A stretch of DNA of 64,000 nt from Escherichia phage KKP 3715: the sequence record OR067834.1; one strand, 5' to 3'. Below, piece after piece: positions 22,801 to 30,932 of the stretch. The translations under genes and the position numbers were made by a program. The number at the start of each line of letters is the position of its first letter. Position 1 is the stretch's first letter. The notes beneath the pieces were generated by a model. The model was not told where the DNA came from, did not search any database, and saw nothing but the letters and a program-made list of their open reading frames with translations.

Positions 22801-25800
22801 AACAGGCTATCGCTAAATCTGCTCTGGAATATGACCTGCGTGAGGGTGCTACCGATGACCTGTTACGTGCAGGTGCTGAACAGATTGAACGTAACCTACG
22901 TAACATTGCTCTGGGTGTAGATATTCGTCACAAAGTGATGAACCAGGTACAGACCACTGTTGACCAGATGGCTGCTGTAGGTGCTCCTTATGTGAACAAC
23001 GGTAAAATCTCTCTGGAAGGTCTGACTGTAGACCAGCAAGTAGCTAAGCTAAACGAACTATTTGATGCTGAATTAAATAAGCGTCGTGATGCAGTACGTG
23101 CTGCTAAAGCAGAACCTGTTAAAGAAGTGCCAGCTATGGAACAAGTTGGTCGTGTACTGAAGTCTGGTGTACGTCTGTTGTCTAATACTGCTATCACTAA
23201 GCTGGCTAAAGAGATGACTTCTGAACAGCAAGCAGTATTGAAAGAAGTACAGAAATCCCTTGCTGCTAAAGACTACAAGGTTGTTTACGGTACTCCTGCT
23301 CAACTGGATGCTTATGCTATTGAGAAGAACATTACTCGCCCAGCACCGGAAGATATTGAAGCTGCCGAAGCTGGTAATGCATATGGCTGGACTAACTTTG
23401 ATGATAAAACCATCTACTTAGTTACCCCTTCCTTAGAGACTCTGGTTCATGAATTAGTACATGCTTCTACTTTTGAATCTGTACTGGCTCACTATGAGGG
23501 TACTCCTAACGAAGCAGTCCAGAACATCGAAGATCTTATGAACCAGTTCCGTACTCTGGATGTTAAGAACGAATCCCCGGCAGTACGTGAAGCATATGCT
23601 GATGCACTCAATACCATTAACGGTCACTTGTCTAATGGCTTTATTGAACCTGCAATGGCTAAAGCTGCTGCACTGAATGAGTACATGGCATGGGGCTTAA
23701 CCAATCGTGAACTGATTGGTAAGCAGAAGAAGACCACTGCACTGAAAACTATGGTTCAGTCTGTGTATGAAGCAATCAAGCGTCTGGTATTTGGTCGCAA
23801 GAAAGCACCTGCTAATGCAGATGATATGTTCTCCGGATTACTGTTTAACTCTTCAGTAGTTATGCGTGGGCAGGCTCCTACTGCTGCTGTATCCAAAGAC
23901 ACTACCTTGTTCCATAACAAAGCATATGGAGATAATACCCGTCTTGAAGAATTGGGGCAGACCTTTGATAAGCTGATTACTAACTACATTGGTTCTGAAC
24001 CAGTGCAGCAAGTAATTCGTAAAGGTAAGTTCTCTGATGCAGTAGTGAATGCAACTAAAGTAACTCGTGATGTTCAGGCTTATGGCTTTACCATGAATAT
24101 GCAGGAACAGCGATTGTTCACTAATATCGTTGCTGCTTTGGCTACTGAAGCTGCTATTAGTCCGGCTGCTCTTTCTCGTGCACAGGAATACTATGCACAC
24201 GTTACTAAGAACCTGACCGTTGAATCATTCATGGCTGACCCGGATAGTACTAACCCTGCTGACCGTTACTATGCTCAACAGAAGTTCGATACCATCATGG
24301 GTGCTAACAATATTGAGTTTGATGCACAAGGTCGTTCTTCCTTACTGCCTACCTTTGTTGGTCTGGCAATGGTAAGTGAAGAGGTGCGTAACGTACTGGC
24401 TAACATTCCTGTTATGAAAGCAGATAAGAAATCTGGTAATACCGTTGATGCAATGCTGACTAACATTGGTACTGCTGCAATGTCTAGCCTGAACGCTCGT
24501 GTAGCAGGTGATACCAAAGCTACTAACGTACAGGAAGGTATGGATGCACTGGCTCAGACAATCATGCAGACAAGTCTTAATGCACAGTCATTCTATGATT
24601 CCGTTGCTACTCCTAGTGGTAATGCTATTGACCGTGCTAACCAGTATCTGGTGGATTCTATTGATGCACTGTCTACTCGTGCTTTAGAAAGTGCTCGTGA
24701 AGTTGCAGCTAATACCAAGAACCCATTGGTTAAGGGTGCTGCTCATGCTGCACAATTGGTGGCTGCTATTGCTACTGAGAAGAACGGTGCAATCGTGGCA
24801 GAAGGTGTTATGGCTGCAATGAACCAGGGCAAGGTATGGCAACCTTTCCACGACTTGGTTAATGACTTAACTGGTCGTACTAAGAGCAATGCTTCTGTAT
24901 ACGATTTGATTAAAGCAGTTCGTGCACAGGTACAGGCTGACCGTCAGCAGTTCCGTGAACATCTGCCTACCACTATCGCATCTAAGTTCAGCCGTAAGCT
25001 GACTAACGATGAGTGGAAAGCAATGCACACCGGTATGGGTAAAACTGACTTAGCTGTTCTGCGTGACACTATGTCTCTGGCTGAAATCCGTGACCTGCTG
25101 TCTGACCAGAAGATTGTTGACCGTGAAGTGAATAAGCTGGAAGCAGATTTGCAGAAACAAGCTGGTCGTAACTGGCCTCTGATTAACCGTAAATCTAAGC
25201 AACTGGCTCAGTACATGATTAACGGTACGGTCGGTAATAACCTGCTGCGTAATGCTACTGCAATCTCCCGTATGCTGGGTGAACGTCAGGCTGCTCGCTC
25301 TACTGTAGATGTAGCTCAACTGGATAAACTGATTACCCTGTATGCACTGGAAGCAATGAACAAGTCCGACCGTGAGACGTTATCTTCACTGGCTCAGACA
25401 GAAGTTGAGGGAATGGACTTTGCTACTTCTTACCTGGTTGGACAACGTAAAGATGAAATGGCTAAAGCCAAGTCTGATATGCGTGCAACCCTGAACCAGT
25501 ACAAAGGGCATATTCCTAGTGAGACTAAACAGGGTGTTAATCTGATTGTTGCTGAAGATAGCCAGTTTGCTGATTTGATTGAGAAGTCCTATGTACGTCT
25601 GGGTACTTATCAAGGTAGCTCTGCTAACCGTGGTCCGGCACGTAGCTATTACTTTGCACCAGTACAGGCACAGGCTCCTTTCTCACAGGGTATCCTACAG
25701 AACGTTCGTAATACTGCTGGTGGTGTAGACCTCGGCACAGGCTTTACGATGGGTTCCATGGTAGCTGGTCGTATTACTGACAAGCCTTCCGTAGACCGTA

Positions 25801-27251
25801 TCACTAAAGCACTGGCTCGTGGCGAACGTGGTAATGAACCACTGCTGCCTGTATATGACGATAAAGGTAATGTAGTTGCCTATGAGCAATCCATTGACCC
25901 TAATATGCTGAAGCACATTGAGGGTGAGAACCATCTTGCCCGTGCAATCGGCGTATGGCGTGGTCGTCAGGTGGAAGAAGCTAAGGCTCAGCGTTTCAAC
26001 GATATGCTGATTGAGAACCTGCATAGCATGTATGAGAACGACATTAAGATGTCTGCCTCTAATAAGTCCCAGTACGTTAACCTTCTTGGTTCTAAATTGG
26101 ACCCAGTAACTGCTGATGCTCTTAAGCTAATGAATAGTGAAACCCGTCAGAAAGCAGAGAGTTTGTTCGGTGAGGGTGAACTGTGGGTACGTCGTGACAT
26201 GCTTAATGATGCACTTGGTTATCGTGCAGCTTCTGTAGGTGATGCCTGGTCTGGTAATTCTCGTTGGTCTCCGGAAACATTGGATACCTTTAAGAAAGCT
26301 ATGCTGGGTGTATTTGGTAACCGTGCCTATAAGTACACAATGGGTGGTGAGAACCTGGTTCAAAACTTAGTTAAAGAAGCTAAGACTCTGATTGTAGTTA
26401 AGTCAGTAGTCGTACCTGCTGTTAACTTCTTAGCTAACCTTTACCAGATGGTTGCCCGTGGTGTACCGGTTAAGAACATTGCTAAGAGCATTCCACAGAA
26501 GACTGCTGAGATTAACCAGTACCTTAAATCACGTCTGCGTCAGGTAGATGCAGAAGCAGAATTACGTGCAGCTACTAACCCGAACCAGATTCGTAAACTT
26601 AAGGCTGAGATTCAGTCCATTACTGATAGCCATAAGCGTATGAGTATCTGGCCTCTGTTGGAAGCCGGTGAGTTCTCTTCAATTGCAGACGCTGGTATTG
26701 GTCGTGATGACATCCTGATTACTGAAGGCAAACTCCACGAATACATGGATAAGCTGGCAGATAAGTTACCTAAGTCTGTGCGTACTGCCGGTCGTTATGC
26801 ACTTATTACTAAGGATACTGCTCTGTTCCAGGGTATCCAGAAGACGGTTGAGTACTCTGACTTTATCGCTAAAGCAATCATCTATGATGAACTGACTCAG
26901 CGTAAAGGTAAGACTCGTGAAGAAGCACTTGGGCGTGTAACGGAAGAGTTCGTTAACTATGACCGTTTACCTGGTCGCTTCCGTGGGTACATGGAAAGTG
27001 TTGGTTTAATGTGGTTCTACAACTTTAAGATTCGTTCAGCTAAGGTTGCTGTGTCCATGATTCGTAATAACCCTGTACATGCAACAATGGCGATGCTGGC
27101 TCCAACTCCTACCATGTTTGGTAACGTTGGCTTACCTATTCAGGACAACATCTTTAGTATTGCTGCTAAGGGTAGTCTGGATTACTCATGGGGCTTTGGT
27201 CAGGGTCTTCGTGCTCACAACCTGAACCCTTGGATGAACCTGGTAAACTAA
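16899..27251 (+). CDS. virion-encapsidated RNA polymerase (N4 vRNAP-like giant protein)
   Basis: About 3450 codons from the first ATG (AGGAAA RBS). Contains a single-subunit RNAP motif B-like RGIAKNPLTITIYGSG (Rx3Kx7YG) and a motif A-like EADGVTNGPINA; T/E/P/K-rich low-complexity linker near codons 910-990. Size and position match N4 vRNAP as recalled. Confidence 0.7.
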   Translation: MSTFDRLAGFADSITNAKQVDVSTATSQKQAAQGQSPFQLTPENAYNLQTGRVGNLGIGAFEPDSLQADFTQASPLEIINKYGNEQGLQILNSRANAADVVRQDLSKQRTNAEAFGDTLSGVGLGVANTLGGIAALGTGLVNDNAGATIASGMDWLNEGVHNLQSDALNATRKVVQNQNQISAQKNQKLYEEDIKNGESDLVASLSRIGRDAFDSVANTLDNGMAASDGLSEGVGSLFTGGPLIRGVSALGKVMVGGDKAVKGITLAAGLGSRPAQVALSAGRVAAPAIAIGGMEAGGAYQQTASEIMKMSHQELASKSPVYQQHIADGLSPDEARRQTASETGIIAAGLTAPVAAATGPLVSRFELNPLKVGSLAGAGSNMLRETVEEGIQSGFGQYAQNRAIKENVDASRDVLKGVGEQAGLGALYGFGSAGVAQAPGATVKAAGAAAGPALRTTLAGASLVGKTLAKAASPLTNILVQRGEEVAKRNEQASPVADATVNAAAQEAAAQAEQAQATVQEAVDAMDISPEEKAAATQYAADLTQAMKFDPVELEQANPTIREAVSGSTNRVEAIQKMADLVNTAEDPNVQMEAAIQMYDNIMSMDSFINRDPGALANLEQGSPAAAIVDQFSGLMANVQNTPKVLRAFRAIHSMIQEQAEAGKLKATEEANQAQANNIAMAADVSPEVLDADSVNMVLKHASEGKITLGNRQRAALQSAAALLQGAREFDAKAEELGLRPQDIVSKQIKTDESRSNEGQYSALQHAKRIRSAYNSGNFDLASAYLSDFMKFAQHMQNKVGALNEHLISGNADKNKSVHYQALSPSREWVRSRTGLGVNPYDTKSVKFAQQVGLEAKTVADIANALATAYPELNVSHVKVTSLDSRLNKPAAQVVKEFRQGGLDATQSQQTNEPVNQVDESPAPVQEDTTTVQPKAKPVVENKTAPTKETSPKTEEVSTTKSETVEATPTNEDTIQEVAKTKTEMETVFPVYNNEKTPNQFLKAFTLPEEPKSRTVGSESPLADIKQALSSVARFEAFTQKENNVLTGDVIKRYQDLMDFGETLKTTLSERLAKFLANKNVGKRFAEGTEANRWVGGKLLNIVERDGDTFKFNDQLLETAVLAGLQWRLTATQNAAIKDMKDVAAITGVEASLLPEGILAEFENAQTLVEATNSLAQKIESYWGLNRNPNAPLGYTKGIPMAMATEILSSLIEMGEVKESMLDVSEIDPDSNKTVGLYTIEKLDDNDAINKFPTAIEEAVLLEPEEKMYFDDDIPSVAQTQLRNPAVKNTPEQKAALKAEQATEFRVHMPMVNFYEALGRDNILELMGAGTLNPDLLNKNTAKSLEGKNLSVSMAYDSLFGVINQIREQENGLDTPIHYGYNMTRVGRMQMLGKNNPQSSKLVREAILPTFSTIDLSNENSQAFSDFQLGLAQALGIKVHKMSREAMSENLTKALEGNLKPAVDMMVEFDKAGYLPTDAVDILKTSLGDNKSFVALMALMEYARYLNSDDRANFTTPLYVEADGVTNGPINAMVLMTGGKFTPDWIKNTAKGGLFFGRAGKTMNEHCSIDDNVDLYEASTNGLQQALNELRTTYRNNVPVMSQMNHLQKLMDLFIKDFNLNEDGTLDLKRGIAKNPLTITIYGSGARGIAGKMVSAITDTIYERFSDVLQARAADPSISPAMAMFGKEAASEADAQAMLDTFLTSMEALTGNVPVMRKGELSIQQVDGALTGKLDPQKFTVSGNALKNLQENMLHLFVEPMRTGIRNTVGEGLMHSTENLQKATQIQSLVLQDMFQQAVQAKLAEKEKDPTWKKGDFLTQKELNEIQESLSPLAPMIETGSQTFYIAGSENTDVANQVLATNLDDRMRVPMSIYAPSQAGVAGIPFMTIGTGDGMMMQTLSTMKGAPKNTLKIFDGMNIGISDITDASRKANEAVYTSWQGNPIKNVYDSYAKFMKNVDFSKLSDETKQAIAKSALEYDLREGATDDLLRAGAEQIERNLRNIALGVDIRHKVMNQVQTTVDQMAAVGAPYVNNGKISLEGLTVDQQVAKLNELFDAELNKRRDAVRAAKAEPVKEVPAMEQVGRVLKSGVRLLSNTAITKLAKEMTSEQQAVLKEVQKSLAAKDYKVVYGTPAQLDAYAIEKNITRPAPEDIEAAEAGNAYGWTNFDDKTIYLVTPSLETLVHELVHASTFESVLAHYEGTPNEAVQNIEDLMNQFRTLDVKNESPAVREAYADALNTINGHLSNGFIEPAMAKAAALNEYMAWGLTNRELIGKQKKTTALKTMVQSVYEAIKRLVFGRKKAPANADDMFSGLLFNSSVVMRGQAPTAAVSKDTTLFHNKAYGDNTRLEELGQTFDKLITNYIGSEPVQQVIRKGKFSDAVVNATKVTRDVQAYGFTMNMQEQRLFTNIVAALATEAAISPAALSRAQEYYAHVTKNLTVESFMADPDSTNPADRYYAQQKFDTIMGANNIEFDAQGRSSLLPTFVGLAMVSEEVRNVLANIPVMKADKKSGNTVDAMLTNIGTAAMSSLNARVAGDTKATNVQEGMDALAQTIMQTSLNAQSFYDSVATPSGNAIDRANQYLVDSIDALSTRALESAREVAANTKNPLVKGAAHAAQLVAAIATEKNGAIVAEGVMAAMNQGKVWQPFHDLVNDLTGRTKSNASVYDLIKAVRAQVQADRQQFREHLPTTIASKFSRKLTNDEWKAMHTGMGKTDLAVLRDTMSLAEIRDLLSDQKIVDREVNKLEADLQKQAGRNWPLINRKSKQLAQYMINGTVGNNLLRNATAISRMLGERQAARSTVDVAQLDKLITLYALEAMNKSDRETLSSLAQTEVEGMDFATSYLVGQRKDEMAKAKSDMRATLNQYKGHIPSETKQGVNLIVAEDSQFADLIEKSYVRLGTYQGSSANRGPARSYYFAPVQAQAPFSQGILQNVRNTAGGVDLGTGFTMGSMVAGRITDKPSVDRITKALARGERGNEPLLPVYDDKGNVVAYEQSIDPNMLKHIEGENHLARAIGVWRGRQVEEAKAQRFNDMLIENLHSMYENDIKMSASNKSQYVNLLGSKLDPVTADALKLMNSETRQKAESLFGEGELWVRRDMLNDALGYRAASVGDAWSGNSRWSPETLDTFKKAMLGVFGNRAYKYTMGGENLVQNLVKEAKTLIVVKSVVVPAVNFLANLYQMVARGVPVKNIAKSIPQKTAEINQYLKSRLRQVDAEAELRAATNPNQIRKLKAEIQSITDSHKRMSIWPLLEAGEFSSIADAGIGRDDILITEGKLHEYMDKLADKLPKSVRTAGRYALITKDTALFQGIQKTVEYSDFIAKAIIYDELTQRKGKTREEALGRVTEEFVNYDRLPGRFRGYMESVGLMWFYNFKIRSAKVAVSMIRNNPVHATMAMLAPTPTMFGNVGLPIQDNIFSIAAKGSLDYSWGFGQGLRAHNLNPWMNLVN

Positions 27252-27289
27252 AATAAAAAAGCCCCTCTAATGAGGGGCTTCTATTTTAC
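27252..27289. terminator. bidirectional intrinsic terminator at the convergent junction
   Basis: Hairpin gcccctc-taat-gaggggc flanked by an A-run on the left and ttctatttta on the right, so both strands see a stem followed by a U-tract. Confidence 0.6.
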
Positions 27290-27618
27290 TTCTTAGCTAC
27301 AAGAATTTTTTTACCAGTCTTGATTACATAATCAATCTTGTTGGCTTCAAAATGAATATCTACAAAATCAGCATGTACACTTTGATAAGTACCATTGTTT
27401 CTACGAATACCTAACTTCTTACAGAGAACCATTGCAATTCCTGTATCTGGTACGGCAATCCAATTACTACCATCAATTTGTACATCACAGCCAAAGGTTA
27501 AACGGTGTCTTGCTTTACGATGTACATGCAATCCACCAATACGCTTTGGTATAAGCTGACCTTTCTTAAAGAGTTCCATAGTGCCCCTAGAATCTTTTGA
27601 TTCATTTAGTAAGAACAT
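27286..27618 (-). CDS. hypothetical protein
   Basis: 110 aa ORF; an internal ATG (MELFKKG...) with AGGGG RBS may be the real start; bracketed by hairpins. Confidence 0.35.
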   Translation of the reverse strand: MFLLNESKDSRGTMELFKKGQLIPKRIGGLHVHRKARHRLTFGCDVQIDGSNWIAVPDTGIAMVLCKKLGIRRNNGTYQSVHADFVDIHFEANKIDYVIKTGKKILVAKK

Positions 27619-27731
27619 ACAGATATGATAAAGCCCTCACTAGGAGGGCTTGTTTTGTTTTGGCTTCTAGAGCCTTACCACATGTCGGGTAGTTCTGTAC
27701 CTTTCGGTAAAAACTACCTTACCCTTATTTG

Positions 27732-28112
27732 TTAAATGGTACAACCACCACCATCACAGGTGTTGATTTCTGCAAAGGAAGCCAGAGCCTTAGCAGTTTC
27801 CTCTTTCTCATGCAGTACCTGCCGTAGCAGGTAACCCTCTTTTTCCCAAATCTTATCGAATGCTTTTTCATATGCATACTGACGGCCTTTCTGCTCATCA
27901 TAGATAGCCGGGTCAACACAGGCAGATACACCTTCAACTTTGAAGCCGTTTTCCAGGATGATAATACAATGGGTTGTCAGACCCAGATTAGCCAAATCAT
28001 CTGCTGGAATTGCAGATGGGTCAACGAATGCAGACTTCACTGCATCTGCACCATTGAAATAGTAGACGCTCTTAATTTTAGCTTCGATTGATTCTTTACT
28101 TACTGTTGCCAT
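27732..28112 (-). CDS. hypothetical protein
   Basis: 126 aa; GAGGCT RBS about 8 nt upstream; C-terminal CDGGGC. Confidence 0.45.
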   Translation of the reverse strand: MATVSKESIEAKIKSVYYFNGADAVKSAFVDPSAIPADDLANLGLTTHCIIILENGFKVEGVSACVDPAIYDEQKGRQYAYEKAFDKIWEKEGYLLRQVLHEKEETAKALASFAEINTCDGGGCTI

Positions 28113-28280
28113 TATTAGCCTCGTAGAGTGGTTTGAGTTTGTATTTAAACATGACTGCGTTGTTATAGGCTACGCTACCTGCAAACACCAAAGACTTACG
28201 TCCCCGGTTATCCGTTACCTCATAGGCATACGGGGTTAAGATTAGGTCAATCATATGAATCGTCCTATAAGTAGTTCTCA

Positions 28281-28319
28281 AATAAAAAAGTCCCCCAGAG
28301 TGACGGCTCTGAGGGACTT
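28281..28319 (-). terminator. Rho-independent terminator closing the tRNA-containing transcript
   Basis: On the - strand: imperfect GC-rich hairpin (GTCCCTCAGAG...CTCTGGGGGAC) followed by TTTTTTATTT. Confidence 0.5.
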
Positions 28320-28551
28320 AGTGACTTTAACGCAGTCAACGAGGCAGGCCGTCAAACTACTATCACTACAGGGTTAAGCGACCATGGGTTGATAGCCCGA
28401 TAGTAGTAAGACGTAGGTTTGGATTTCTAAGTGTTACCTTCACTAGCGAAATTCCCGTCGAGGGGAATAACAATACATTAGCAGCCACTGGACTGTCTTA
28501 CCAGTGTTGTCTTTAGAGTGCTGTGCAATCAGGACTATGTTACTGCTGAAT

Positions 28552-28628
28552 GGGTGTCCACTACTGGATTTGAACCAGTGACCTTCTGATTATTAGTCAG
28601 TTGCTTTCCCAGTCTAAGCTAAGTGGAC
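28552..28628 (-). tRNA. tRNA gene, isotype undetermined (anticodon loop reads CUAAUAA)
   Basis: Hand-folded on the - strand: 7-bp acceptor stem GTCCACT/AGTGGAC, D-stem GCTT/AAGC, perfect T-arm ACTGG-TTCAAAT-CCAGT, discriminator A, then CCCA. Anticodon stem has 4 bp plus an A-A mismatch. Confidence 0.5.
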
Positions 28629-28637
28629 ATAATATGA

Positions 28638-28710
28638 TTACCCGGGCAGGAATCGAACCTGCGTCCTAGTTAGTTTACTAGTGGGGCTTTACCACTAAGC
28701 CTACCGGGTA
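28638..28710 (-). tRNA. tRNA gene, isotype undetermined (anticodon loop of 6 or 8 nt, not 7)
   Basis: Hand-folded: 7-bp acceptor stem TACCCGG/CCGGGTA, D-stem GGCT/AGCC, T-arm GCAGG-TTCGATT-CCTGC at canonical positions 49-65, no encoded CCA; lies 9 nt from the previous tRNA. Confidence 0.45.
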
Positions 28711-29524
28711 TTAATGGAAGGGTAGTGCAGCCTTACACTGCCACAGATTGACTGCCTCGTAACTAGTACGAGCTACCCATAATAGGGTGAGGCTGTACCT
28801 CTGGGTGTAGCAGCCCAGTGTTGTGCACCTACTGTAGAACATAAGTACAGCCTCAATTAGGTGAGTCATGCCAGGCTCTAACTGGCTCCTTCTTCGCAAT
28901 CCTTACATACCCCTACATAATTATTGCGTTAAGCTTTTTTTGTTTAAGTTTAAGTGAAGGCGTTCTTGCTGACTCATTGTTTGGTTTCCTGATTACATGG
29001 GCTTCCACCATATCATGACGAGTTTGAGTCTGTGGAGCGACTTCCTCAATGCAGTTACCTGCCACCAGTAAACTGGCGTTCTTTGGTCCATCGTCTTCAA
29101 CCATACTGTCTTAACCATATAGGGATTCAGGCAGTTTTGGCGGTAATCAGGAAATCTGGTTTGAGATGGGAGTCCGAGTCCTGTACAGCCTTACCGTCTC
29201 CACATTGGCAGCGTATCTAGAATAGCACTTCCGGGTACGGATTTAACTGTTACATCTCAAATAGGGTAGGGGCGTCCAGAGGTTTCATCTAGTACTTACG
29301 CCGTCGTATTTACGACTTACCCCCATAATTCCTTTAATCCAAAGAAATAATCTTTAAATATTCTCTTGTTAGATGAGGAGTTTGACGAATGACTAGTTCG
29401 TTACTACCTCGTTGTTTGCCATAAGTACCTGGCGACTTCTATTTGGTTTTACCAATTCAGAGTAACACTCACACAAGAATGTGTCTTTGAATACCGGGAA
29501 GTATAAACGAGTGCTACTTTGAAT

Positions 29525-29648
29525 TGGTTACCAGTGAAGGATTCGAACCTCCGGTTGGAGTCTATAGCTTACCGCAGCAGCCCTCCAATCTAGCGGTGTC
29601 ACACTTAGTCCAAACTTGAACATGTCAAGCCATCTCGTGCAACTGGCA
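29525..29648 (-). ncRNA. tRNA-like element, about 121 nt (T-arm, acceptor stem and encoded CCA; over-long body)
   Basis: 3' end GGAGG-TTCGAAT-CCTTC then ACTGGTA-A-CCA; the only good 5' partner (TGCCAGT) lies about 120 nt upstream; internal hairpins (CTTGA/TCAAG, TTGGAG/CTCCAA) sit where D and variable arms would be. Confidence 0.3.
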
Positions 29649-29650
29649 AT

Positions 29651-29716
29651 TGGTTCCGGCGTCTGGACTCGAACCAGAACACTCATGTCGTGCACGACAC
29701 TAGTACCTACACCGGA
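29651..29716 (-). ncRNA. tRNA-like element, about 63 nt plus CCA (no D-arm, palindromic central hairpin)
   Basis: T-arm TCTGG-TTCGAGT-CCAGA, acceptor TCCGGTG/CGCCGGA with one G-U, encoded CCA; the centre is the palindrome TGTCGTGCACGACA rather than an anticodon arm; abuts the previous element with a 2-nt spacer. Confidence 0.3.
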
Positions 29717-29779
29717 ATAGTTGCCAGGGATTCCACCTGGCTCCATCTGTTTTTATAGTCACTCAGATATCGTCTGGAC

Positions 29780-29860
29780 TATGACCATCTGGGGATTCGA
29801 ACCCTCATCTCGGTGGCCAACCGTGCATTTGCCTCATGCTACTCTGGTCATAGTTGGTCC
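29780..29860 (-). ncRNA. degenerate tRNA-like element
   Basis: Contains GGGTTCGAATCCCC (a T-loop with GC stem) and a D-arm-like GCAT-GAGGCAA-ATGC, but acceptor and anticodon stems pair poorly by hand. Confidence 0.2.
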
Positions 29861-30530
29861 CCCGTTTCTAATACATGGACGGGAGAACTCCACGATCGTT
29901 TGTTAATCAGGACGACTCACTCCTGACTGAGGTTACGCTGTTAGGCGACCATCAGATACGCTTCTTCGTTTGCATTTATGTTATTGGTTCGTTTCTAAAA
30001 AACCGCATAATCGCTACGAAAACTATCAATGAGTACACTCTGTGGATTCATTTTACAGGGACTTCATTTCATTCCCTGACCTCAATCAAATGTACTCATT
30101 GATAGCCCATAATAGGAGGGAGGGGACGAATCCTCCCTTTATACCCTATGTTGCATGTAAGATCTAACAGTTCGGTGTTGTAGACGGATGGGCTTATGCT
30201 TACCGGCATTAAACTCCCGCCCCCTTATTGGGCTGGGTTAATTAATATACTCAACATTGAGCAGTTAGTTTGATAAGGGATCTGAAGCCTTATCCCAAAG
30301 ATACTAACCTTTGGGATATAGCCTAAGATTCAGAAATGGCCCCTATAGGAGAGGCCATTGATTAACCCGAATGTTGCTTTACATTTTCTGAGGTAACCAA
30401 TTCTTAAAATAGTCTGTCTGACGGATGGGGGGCCACCCCTAGCGTCAGTGCCATACGGCAAAGATTAAGTTAAGAAAGGTTATGATAGGAGTTCCTATCT
30501 CAAAGGATTCTGACAGAACCCTTCACGATA

Positions 30531-30701
30531 TTAACTACTCTTTTTCAATGCTTCAACTTCACCATCTTTATACCAAGTATAAGGTATTAAGATTTTGCAG
30601 CCTTCTGAATCAATGTGGAATGCTTTGTTTCCTTCAGCGGGTTCTCCACCCATGAAAGAACTAACCTTTCCATTGAGCCAGTGAATAGTAAATTTGTTCA
30701 T
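30531..30701 (-). CDS. hypothetical small protein
   Basis: Track ORF 30531-30797; an internal ATG at 30701 (MNKFTIHW...) with a GGGG RBS is more plausible. Weak call. Confidence 0.25.
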   Translation of the reverse strand: MNKFTIHWLNGKVSSFMGGEPAEGNKAFHIDSEGCKILIPYTWYKDGEVEALKKSS

Positions 30702-30932
30702 ATTAACCCCGATTGAACCAATGGACTGGGGAGAGTATTCCAATCCACTGGTTCGGTTGTTGTTATTCTGGCGGCTTGTCACCACCGTGTTTACCACTGC
30801 ATTTCCACAGGATAATGACAGTGATGATAAAAGCTATGTATGGAGCCGACACGTCTATAATCCTGACTAGTAGTAGCATCAGGACTATAAACACTACCAC
30901 ACCTAGCAGCAGCTTCTGAGCCACCTACCAGA

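Noticed and set aside
28096-28281. 61-codon - strand ORF overlapping the end of gene 27732-28112
   Set aside because: Its track start lies in the terminator U-tract; an internal ATG with an AGGA RBS would give only about 52 codons overlapping the next gene by 17 nt. Too weak to call a gene.
29525-29648. tmRNA as the identity of the 121-nt tRNA-like element
   Set aside because: A tmRNA needs about 300 nt between the acceptor strands and an internal tag ORF with resume codon; this element is far too short and I see no tag reading frame.
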